This document shows positions 28,951-39,800 of a DNA stretch of 64,000 nt, piece after piece (within the stretch, counting starts at the first letter, position 1; each line of letters begins with the position of its first letter). The stretch lies in assembly GCA_015680685.1 (NCBI GenBank), contig MNCI01002362.1, forward strand, positions 607,777 through 671,776, written 5' to 3'. Origin of the DNA: Gnetum montanum. Taxonomy: Eukaryota > Plantae > Gnetophyta. Below the pieces are notes generated by a model. That model saw only the letters and a list, made by a program, of their open reading frames with translations. It did not search any database and was not told where the DNA came from. A program made the position numbers and the translations under genes.

Positions 28951-29673
28951 GTTCAATGCTGAAGTATGTAATTTTAAGAAAATTTCTTTAATTATGAAAG
29001 ATGTACTTTATGATGCATGGTACAACAAATTGTGTAAGATCAACTAACTAGGTAAACATTGATACATCCTTAGCAATGGTGCCAATCATAAGTAGTTGAA
29101 TATTCCAACACTCAATCATATAAGTCATGAGTGTTCATGTATGATCTAATCATAATCCATGGATGAACAATGTAAGTATACTAGTAGTTGATGTTAAGTT
29201 CATGATCATTTTTTCTCACGTAGAGTCAGCGAGGTGTAAGTTGTATAGTTTAACTCTTAATAAGGTATATGATATGATGATGTTGTTTGGATCAAATTAA
29301 AATTAAGTATTAACATAGTAAAAAGCAATCATAAATTTTATATCTAACTTCAAGGAAATATAAATTTATTATAGCCTATGGTAATAAGTATCCATTCTTG
29401 GTTTGTCATACATGTCATGGGCTCATGTAACTATTACTAGAATTACCAACTTTACTACTCAACAAATCAAGAAAATTTACTACTAGATTACTAAACAATT
29501 ACACTTTATATTTGAAACCAATCATACCTATTCCGCATTACTAATAGACATTAGGAAAGTAAAGGGCTTAACAAAAGTACATGACTTAGTAATTATAAAT
29601 GACATGGAAAAGTAAAATTAAGCTAAATAAGATGCTACAACGATGAAAAATAATCTTGATCTTTATTACCAAT

Positions 29674-30520
29674 TGATGAGAAATAGGTACCCCTACATCC
29701 ATTCATACGAATCACAAGCATTCATGTGCAATCTAGTCGAATTCCATGGATGAAACTAGTGTGGTATTTAGATTGTTAAGAATTGATTGCAAGTTGTTGT
29801 CTTCTCACTTAGACTAGTGGTAGCTTTATGATATATGGTTTAGTCCAAAGTGAGGCATATGATTAAGATGTTATTGGTGCCTTAATCTAATATTAAAAAT
29901 AACATTGAAATTAATTATTTAATCTAATTAATAACAAGAGGATAAATTCTAAGCTAGCCTAAGGAGGATGAGTGTCTATTCCCAGCTTGTTATACACATC
30001 TTGAACTCACATACCCACTACTAGGATTACCAAGTGCTATACTACTAGCCAAACCAAGCAATAACACTACTAGGATTACCAAGTGTTATACTACTAGCCA
30101 AACCAAGCAATAACACTACTAGGATTACCAAGAGAATACATATTTATGCTCAAAACTAGTCGCACTCATTCCATTGATCAATTACCATGCATGGAAATGT
30201 AAATATTAACTAGTTACATGAAAAATAAAGCACACTGAAAGTAAATCTATTCTAAGTCAATGCGTTGTAATGAATATGAATCAATCTTGATCTTATTGTC
30301 ATTTATGAAATGTGTTCAAGTACAATGCCACTTGAATAAGACTTCGTACAATTAACTCAAATCCATAGTATGGGCACTCACTAACTATTTGCTAGGATTA
30401 TGGGAGAAAACTGCAAGAGGCTAGCTACACTACTGATCAAAATAGTGTCAAATATGCAGCAAGTGCTCATATATTTGTAGGCAAATACATGCATTGCATC
30501 AAAGAGGATGCATTAACGCA
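29674..30520 (-). mobile_element. Athila-like LTR inserted into the 5' LTR of C, truncated at its U3 end
   Basis: Begins TGATGAGAAATAGGTACCCCTAC; closely resembles the reverse complement of 24080-24795; contains a 49-bp tandem repeat at 30016-30131. Confidence 0.8.
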
Positions 30521-30539
30521 TTTAGTTCTATTAATTTTT

Positions 30540-33500
30540 TTGGTGTTCAAATCTTTCAATTTTCTCATTCCAACAACCGAAATTTCTAGCACCAACATGT
30601 GCCAATTTGAACACCTTAAGGGGTATTGTCCTGTAATGGCACATTTGCAAGAAATAGGGGCATATGCACTTAATCCAATATTCATCAAGAAGCAAATTCC
30701 AAAATGGTTACTTATCCTCAAGGTAACTACCAACAAACCTTTCAATATCTCTACTATCTCAATGAAGCTTACTGTAGCCACAAGAGCAGTTCCATCAACA
30801 ATGGCAGCAACCACAATTATGGGCAATGCCACCACCAATGCAACAATATCCATACAAGCAACCAAACCTTTATGGATATTACGTTTAGTGTCCAATATCT
30901 CTAGGAAATTCTTTAGTCCAAAATTCTTCTTCTTATTATCCACCAAAATCTACTAGCCTACTACTCCAAGGATGGATCATAGTCCTTATGCACATCCACT
31001 AGCAACTAGCCCGTCAAATTTTCCTTCCAATTCTTTGCCACCTGTGCCACCACCTACCATGTAGGGGAAACTACCATCACAAACTTGATAGAGAAGTGCT
31101 ACAAGGGCAGTGAATATACAAAGACAGGGTCATGCCAATGATACTAAAGGAAAATCAAAGAAATGTCCTTTCTTTAGGACAAGTCTATAAAGAACTAATA
31201 GAGCTAGAACTTCATTGAATCATGTTTCTTATATGACAAATCCTCCTACGAACATAATGCTTCCATAAAAACCAAATTAAAAACTTACAATTATCATGCT
31301 AATTAAAATGGTAATAAACTGAATTAAGGCAAGTTCACTTCCCAAGAAAAGAATTAATTTGGGAATTCTTATGATTTATTTACAAGTAGCATAAAATTCA
31401 CCATGCAAGGCTCTACTAGATTTAGGTTTTGCAGTAAATTTGATATCTCAAAAAACATACAAAGCATGAAACCTGCTACCCTTAAAGAAGTACAACATAA
31501 GGTTAGAGCTAGCAAATCAATCTGTCACCATTCCTCTAGAATAGATAGAAGATGTGGTAACCACTATCAATGGGTGGTCTTATCCAACAGATTTTCTTGT
31601 GATTGATGTAAAAAAATGATAACAGGGAATCTCCTATCATTATGAGGATTAGCACAATTAATGCTAAGTTAGGAATGAAAGATTTATCTGTAGATATCTC
31701 CAAAGTAGGTGCATAAGGAGCCATACATACGCAAAGAATTTCGTGCATTATTGAAGATAACAAAGGATGCAATTGTGGACAGAAAGCTCAAAAGATCAAG
31801 ACAATCCGTACACTAGCCCACAACATATGAGAAAAACAAGTGTGCACAAGAAGGAACATAGGTCACTAAACCAAAAGACACCCTGTGGCTGAAAACTAAG
31901 AACCAAAAACTATTCAAAACATGCATGGAACCGTTTGAATCACTTATTAACTCCTGTCCTAAGAAAATGACCCCAACCTAGAACTCACAAACGAAAATAT
32001 TAAACCATAATCATACACTAGCAGATAGAGGGATAAGAACTTAGAATTTGAATTTAGGAATCAACAAGAAAGTATAACCAAACCTTCTGAAATGGAAAAA
32101 TCATCTAGTCCAACAAGATATATGTCCTTAAACGATCAAACTTTGATTACCATCAAGATTGCATGGGATGATAACTAGAAAACTAGGTTATTAAGGATGG
32201 TAAGTGAAAAACCTAGAGTGTATAATCTATGAGATCTAAGGTCCATTTTCCAAAAACTCACCCATGAGTTCAATCATGGGGGAGATACCTTATCTTGATC
32301 TAGAAATCAATAAGTACCTTTCAACTTTTTGTTTTACAATTCTTTTTAGTTTATAATTTCTTGTTATACTTTTTCAGATTTCTTACCAATTTTCACATTC
32401 ATTGATATCTTTTCATTCTTTTATACTTTTTCATTTCTTAATCATTTGATATTCTTTGATATTTTTCAAATTATTTCTCTATTTTTTCCATTTTTCTGTG
32501 AATTACATCATTTTTCTTGTACATATTTTTTTTAATTTCCAATAAAGCACACTAAATAAAGAAAGACATAGTTCCAATAAGGTGAAGATTTCCATATATT
32601 ATCAATCATAAAGGGACTAATTACCTATATAGTGAGACCACAACATCCATCCACCCATTCCAATAATAAGAGGTTCTGACCATGACCATAATGATATTCT
32701 TCTCACAATAAAACTAAGAATAAAAATGTGATCATTATGCTTGGATAGAAGAATGAAAAACCAAGTGAGCATGCAAAGGGTGTGACATCAAGGGGATTTG
32801 TGGATTCTCTTGGATTATTGTTGTGAGTTCTATCCTATTGCTAAGGATGTATTATATCTTTATAGATCTAACGAAAAATGGAAGTAACAGTACAGTAAGT
32901 GCTTCCTTACTATGTCACTAGAAAGACATGTTACCCATGCTTGAAGGTAGTCCTCTCGTAAGATCAACACAATCAAAAATAAAATCCATGCACAAAATAA
33001 ATTTTTGGGAGTCCCACTAGAAAGACAAGTTACCCATGCTTGAATATAGGCGGCTTCTCAGAAATCTCAAAAATAAAGAGTGCAATGAATAAAATCCTCC
33101 CTTGAACAATATACCAAGTGATAATACTCCTTGCAACAAGTGGTAGTCTTATGGTTGTGAATCTTAGGGATGAAACAATGTGATGTCACTGGAAAGTGGT
33201 TTGGACTTGGTTTAAATCTTGGAAAGAAGAGCTAATGATTAATTTAATCATAGATTACACACAAGAATTCATTATGCCCATGGTAAGATACCTTGTGTTT
33301 CAATTTCAACAATCCCTTCTATATTCCATCTCACCTCACTATATATTTAATCATAATTTTATGGTTTTGTATAATATAGTGTTATTTTCCTAATCTAGTG
33401 ATACTAACATATGTGTTTTGCTAGACAAATATGTCTTACATTCAACTCCTTAAATTCCTATGGACACTTTTAGGCGTGATTATACAAGTGCACGAAGGGT

Positions 33501-36095
33501 TGGAGCCTGCTTTGGGTAGGACCCACTTGTATAACTCTTGTATTTGATACTTGGTAAGTAATTCCACATCATCTTGTGCCTTCCAAAAATAATCAAGATT
33601 CATTAGATACTTTCCATATCATCTAATAATTTGTCCATACAACTAAAATTCTTAACACATCTCCTATCCATTCAATAAAATTTTGTTACCCAAGATTTCA
33701 TCCTTATGAACTTTAAATGCCAAATTTTCAAAAGCTGTGCATCATTAATGGCCCAAGATCCTTTAGAGAACATCTTCCAAACATTCCATTTGATTCATTT
33801 TTTTCTAGAAAATTCAATAAAAATGTAGACATTTTTCACGTTGACATTGTAGCTATGACGGCGTAGCCCCTACAATGTCCTATATATAAAAATTGTATAC
33901 ATACATGCAGGAGTTAGTGAAATTTTTCATTCCTCTCATTTGTAGCAAGAGAATTTTTTGCAATTTTTCCTCACAACTCTTACACACTAGCTTCCTAAGG
34001 CCATAACTCCATTCCCATAGCTCCAATTTCTGAAATTCTTAAATCTTGTTGATCCCAAAGCACTCAACTTAGTCATGGGGGGATACACTCTGCTAACATC
34101 AGAAAATTTGAGCCAAAATTTTTCAAATGCCCAAAAGATAGTAAAGGGTAAGTATAAGAAATAATAAGAACCTTATAGTTAATCAATCAAACTTAAGCCA
34201 CAAGAACCTAGTTAATTCTCCTAATGGACCATACTAACCATTTTAAGCCATAATAAGCAAGAAAATGATAACTGTGAAAGGTCATAAGTAAGTAATGATA
34301 TAACACTTAAGGGATTTCTTTTTGAAAATTTTTCTGATTTCTTTTTAAAAAATTTTCTAACTCTGCAATCATAATAAGATGGGAACTTGATCTAATCAAG
34401 AGTACAAGAAAGAGAAAGACTGTTAAGAACAGATGTAAACACTTTAATAATTTCAAATCTTTGATGATTGCAAATGGTCCCAAAGAGACCAACAATTGAA
34501 GGACCTTCCCAACATGGGAGCAAAAGACCAAGAAGCCATGGGAGAGGCCAAGTGGGAGAACAAACTTCATAAGTAGAACACACAAAGTAGGAGGCTCAAT
34601 CGTATAGCATCCATCAACAAACTCCTACCATTGAGCACTTAGCCCAAGGAGAGGCAAAAGTTTCACCAGTACCTAAACAAGAGCAACACCTCATGTTGTC
34701 TCCTATTTGCCTCTAGGTCATACAAGAAAAATCTATCATGTCCATAGTCATTGCAAAACTAAACTTTGGACCTTTCATAGAATTTTCTCCAGAAATAGTG
34801 AAAACAACTCCAAACGTCTCCTTTATGGCCTACACTATCTAATGGCAATAAATGGTATCTGAGAGAAACTTATTTTGGCAAAACAAACAAGCCAATGCTA
34901 CAGTCAAAATTGAAGAAGTCTATGTGTCATACTCAATAGAAGCAATTGTAAAGGCCCTAAACCTACCAAATGAAAGGGCCAATGTGGCACAAATTTCAAC
35001 TAGGTCAAACACCGATGCCAAGAAACTATGGTTGCATAAGGTATATAGAAAATAAGACAAGGACAAAAGAAGAGAGCTTCAAGCACTCTTAAATAGATAT
35101 CAACTTCATAAGCCTGATGACAAAGGGAAGAAGCTGATAGAAGAGCCTCCATCGCCTAGAACATGAACTACATCATGCTACTTCAAATTTTGTTTTGTTT
35201 GGTTTTTTGTTTTGTCATGTAACTGCATAATTTTGTAAAAACACCACTGTGCATTCTAAACCATGTAAATAGTTAATAAGCCATGTACAGTCAAATCTAC
35301 CTCCCAATTTTATAAGGGACTCTATCCTCATTTTGTTTTAACTCCAAGACAAATCTCCAGTGAGTCGTGGGAGTATGATAAAGCAATTTTTGTTGTGCTA
35401 TGATATTGTATCTATGATATCATGGCAACAATGTTGTAACCCATGCTATGTCATCATTTATGTGATGTCTTGGGATGTGTGTAGTGCTATAAATACTAAC
35501 ACTTAGATGCACAATCTGTAACTTTTCATTCGATCCTTAGATAGACTCTTGCAATTTGTTTTCGTAGCTTTAGTGATAGACTCTTGCAATTTGTTTTCGT
35601 AGCTTTAGTGATAGAGTGAATAGTCGCAATGTGATGTTTCGCAGTTGTTGTCTGGTGTCTTTATTCAAGTGAATTCTACTTGGACGTAGTTCATGACGAC
35701 AATAAAGATCAAGATTGCTTTCCATTATTGCAACATTCCCTTAGTTTCATTTGTTTACTTAGCATAATCTTTACTATTTTCTTAGTTAATTATTTACATT
35801 ACAAACACTTTATTTTACATGTTATTAATAAGCAGAACGGATACAATTAGTTTTGGGCGCTAAGTGTAGTTATCTAGTAACCCAGTAGTAACATTGCTTG
35901 ATTTGCTCAGTAGTAATACCACTTGGTAAACTCAATGATAACTACATGAGTCCAAGACATGTACAATAGGCCACCAGCAAATATCCATTGCAATAGGCTA
36001 AGTTGGATTTATGCATTTCTACTTAATTAGACTTAGACTTTTATCTTCAACTATGTTTACCTTTAGGGGCATTAAGAGCCTTACAACATCAACCA
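30540..36095 (+). mobile_element. Athila-like element D (5'-truncated): gag C-terminus, AP remnant, spacer, internally deleted accessory ORF, PPT, partial 3' LTR (35376-~36095); no RT/RH/INT
   Basis: CQFEHLKGYCPVMAHLQE (30600) is homologous to C; colinear with C in the opposite orientation; GTCGTGGGAGTA|TGATA at 35376. Confidence 0.8.
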
Positions 36096-38149
36096 ATCAT
36101 TCAAAAAAAACATTCATCTTCACATCCAGCTCAATAGTATTTGAATGTGCTCAACATTATTTATCAATCATATTGCCATTTTGGGTGGAATTATAATTGA
36201 CAGTTCCAATGATAATTTAGGAGCCTACATGCTGTCATAACAGTAGTGAACAGGTATTCTGTAGAGATAAGAGAAAGGCAATAACTAAGAATAGTTTCTG
36301 CGAGATTGACATTGATTCATAGTGTACATCCAGCCTTCAACAAATTCCTTCCCTTCATAATGCACAATTTCCTTGTTATTATGCCATATACTCGCTGGTA
36401 GCTATCCTTCCTATAAATCTCTGTTTTAGAATGGCAATAGTTGTTTTACAAAAAAATGGATAATTACATTCCCATATACACCATGGGCAGATTATAGGAC
36501 AGATAGTCGCATTCCCGTTTATGCCTTCTACAGACTGTACACTATATACTCATCCACGTCGGTCACTAATAAACAAACATTGTTAGCAGCACATGTGAGA
36601 GTATGTATGCGAGTATGCATGGCGAGCATACCTACAACTGTAAAAGAAAAGATTTGAATCTCTAACATTTTACTTATTATCCTACTTCAATGAATTGAAA
36701 GTGCTTTTTATATTATTTAAACAATGTGTTCCTGGAAGCACCGTGACGCTCGTGGGCAGGCCAGGGTGGGGACCAGAGACGCTTAATCATGAGACTTGAA
36801 TATTAAGTCTTATTTGAAAATTTTTGAGAATTTTCTAATATTTTAAGAATTTTTTTCAATCTTATAGGTTTTGTAAAATGTTCTGGTTTATCACATTCGT
36901 AATTGTTAAAGAGATGTCATTTATACCTAACATAAGTTCCAGGATACATGAGTGAAATAACTGCCAGCAGATTATGATTTAGTGGGCCAAATTACAGAGA
37001 TGTAAGTCATCAATGTTATTTTATAGTTAAACATATTTTTTCTTATTATACTTTACTTTCTGAGGCGTATTTTCTATTTACTAATGATAGTGCTCAACAC
37101 ATGGTAACGGAGATGCACTGTAAATACCAGCAGTGAAGATTCTTAGTTTATTCAAAACATGTCAAAATACTTGAGCACAATTAATAAACACGTTGAGATA
37201 TCATCGTAAATCAAAATTCTAAACCTTTTCATGATAGTCCTGGAATCTGCAATACATGATTCACACACACATATACTTAAGAACGATGTAGATCGAAGAT
37301 TTTAAAGTTTAAACCAAAGAAAAGCAAATTTGATTTTGACTACCTCTGTATTTGATTTGATTTGATGTGGGCTGAGTTGACAAGGGACAATTCTGTCCGT
37401 GCATGTCCGACCTCATGTGCAATGGCGCCATACAGCTACCTAAAATAATAAATAATTATGCTTCTACTTCTCTTTCTGTTTGGCCTCAACAACCATGTGG
37501 GTGTTCATCAATGGCATGGAAGCCACGGAATGTGCATCCTAAAGGTGGGCCTTGCCAGCATGATTTAGGATGGACCCACTTAAACAAGTAATTATAGGTA
37601 ATTATAGAAGGGAGCCAAATGATATAGAAAGTTCCATGAAGGTGGCCCAACTGGCTCTATCACTTTAACGTAAATTGGAAGGATGATTCCTTCTTGAATC
37701 TTATATTTGATAAAATAGGATTTAATCTCTATATTCTTTGAAGCGTATGCTAATTGGAGACCATAAATTTTAGCTTCTTAAATAATTTTTTGAGCCATAA
37801 AACATGCTAAATAACATTTAATATATTTTTGGTTAGCTCATCTATAATAATGTCGAATATATAAGATCTTAGAACAAATCTTTAATATAGCCCCACCTTT
37901 ACAAGGAAGTTAGTGGTTCAACCTCTAATTGTAACTTCATTATATATGTGTTGAATAGCTTTGATGTATCCAATAAGAATATCCTCTCTTTTAAAATCCC
38001 ATCAAATAATCTATCAAGGGACTCTATCATAACCATTTTCTTAATCAAGGAAAATCATATGCAAATTCTTTTTTTTTTAACATCTAAATGTCTCTACTAG
38101 TTATCACAGCAAGAAAACAAATTTCATAATTGATCTTCCACACATAAAA

Positions 38150-38330
38150 CAAAAGTAAAAGATCCTCAGCCAAAGGCTTAATACTCATCCCACCAAGGCA
38201 AAGTTGCAGGAGGAACAATAGACAAGAGAAAGCTTAACCTCTTTCAAGTGGTTGCACTTAGGTTTGAATCTAGGTCTTACAACATGAGAAACAAACACCT
38301 TACTATCACTCCAAATGATAGTCCCTGCAT
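38150..38330 (-). mobile_element. Au-like SINE remnant (tRNA head, RTE-type tail)
   Basis: Minus strand TTGGAGTGATAGTAAGG..AGATTCAAACC boxes, then GGTTAAGCT..CCTCCTGCAAC..GGTGGGA and a T-rich tail. Confidence 0.4.
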
Positions 38331-38449
38331 AACACCAAAGTAACTCTTAGAAATTATATAATTCTTAATTTAAATGTTTTTTTATGACTCTTTCTAATAA
38401 CTTCATGACGTGACTCATAAACTTGATTTTTCTACGGTTGTTATAGTTT

Positions 38450-39800
38450 CAAATGTCCTCATTATTCTTGTACATAGATAATGTAGTGCTTTTCCTCTAA
38501 TCATATGGCACATTTTCCTTCACCTAAGTCTTATGAATAAATTTGTCAACCAAGTGTTCCCTTTGTCTCCTATAAACTTTCACACCTCTATACCATTCTT
38601 CATCTTTATTAGAGCTTTCCTTACTTCAAATATTTAGTTTGTCATTCATACATTTAGTTCTACATAATCAATTCCCTCTCTTAAGAACTTTTAGATAACT
38701 AGTCCTTAAAAATAGATCCTCAAGCACTTCAAATCTCTTTGTCTCTAACTAAAGGTCTTTAGTCACTTGACTTGATAAATCCAATACATCTATGTTTTTG
38801 CTCTTCTTGTTTCAAGTCTTAAGAAACTTATAAGTTGATTTTTTTTATTCTTCTTAGGTTCTAGCTTCTCATAAAACATATCAAAAACATCACGTTTACT
38901 TTTGCTTACTATATTTTTTTATCACATTCTTTACTATTTTTTAACTTTCAAAGTTATCCTATCTTTTACTCTATTGCCACTCCTTGTAACACTACTTCTT
39001 GTCTTGCATCTTTCATTGTACTTCCACATTTCACCAAGGTGTCCTATTGTATGTATTACTCCCTTTCAATTCTCCAAGAATGTTCTTTCCTAATATCTTA
39101 ATGCCACTTTTCATTTGAATCCAAATATTGTTTGCATTGGTGTTCAAATGTCATAGTCCTTCTATGAGTAGCTTATCATTAAATTGAGAATTTTTTTTTT
39201 CTCCTTAAAACTCTACCACTTTTACTAGAAACTCTTTTTTCAGATTTTAGTTCATAAAACTCTTGATATCTATGTCTATAACCATAAGTCTATATTGGGT
39301 GGTATGGTTTTCTCCCTGAATAACTTCACAACTCTTACAAATTCACCAATCTCTTTTCTCATTCTGATTGTGTTAATTGTTTATGCTCTTAAAAGTCCCT
39401 AAGTATTCAACCTTTTTCTTGTATTAGGTATTATCTATTGCAAAATAATAGGCCTATGAAAACTCAACTCCTTATTTCATTTCTCTTTCTCAAACGGTGT
39501 CCTCTATGAATATTCTCATTGTGCCTATTGAATCTCCTCCCATCAATATATCTTCTTGCTTTGAAATCTATTATTACATCAGTCTATCCAAAGAATCCCA
39601 AATTTCTTCCTAACATTATAATATTAATAATTCAAGTAACTTCTATTATTGTCTCTCATTTGTGGATCAACTACGATCCTCACCAATTTCTTCCTAACAT
39701 TATAATATTAATAATTCAAGTAACTTCTATTATTGTCTCTCATTTGTGGATCAACTACGATCCTCACCAATGTCTTGGTTTTCTTGCCCTTCCACTTCGG
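38450..39800 (-). mobile_element. Decayed RTE-clade LINE (APE endonuclease region)
   Basis: Minus translation FWDSLDRLM..ISKQEDILMGGD..NRH..ENIHRGH..RN matches the plant RTE FW.DLD...IP..EK.FIGGDFNGH..VHGG.G.G.RN motif; boundaries approximate. Confidence 0.6.

Larger units (their letters stand above)
17943..29673 (-). mobile_element. Athila-like element C: LTR-PBS-gag-AP-spacer-accessory ORF-PPT-LTR, no RT/RH/INT; 5' LTR cut by another LTR
   Basis: 3' LTR 17943-18819 pairs with 5' LTR starting 29086 (shared AACACTCAA..CATGAGTGTTCA..ACAATGTAAGTATACTAGTAGTT); PBS TTGGCACCATTGCTAAGGAT at 29066-29085; PPT at 18820-18832. Confidence 0.85.

Noticed and set aside
30016-30131. CACTACTAGGATTACCAAG repeats at 49-bp period, CRISPR-like at first sight
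   Set aside because: The intervening sequences are near-identical, it is an LTR subrepeat, and the context is eukaryotic with no cas genes.
35540-35613. Perfect 35-bp tandem duplication in the D LTR
   Set aside because: Absent from other LTR copies; artefact or slippage.
36100-37700. Non-repetitive-looking sequence as a possible second gene
   Set aside because: No convincing ORF, exon chain or RNA gene recognised.
39601-39770. Perfect 84-bp tandem duplication and ORF 39519-39818
   Set aside because: 100% identity inside an ancient LINE suggests a gap-closing artefact or simple slippage; the ORF is antisense to the LINE.
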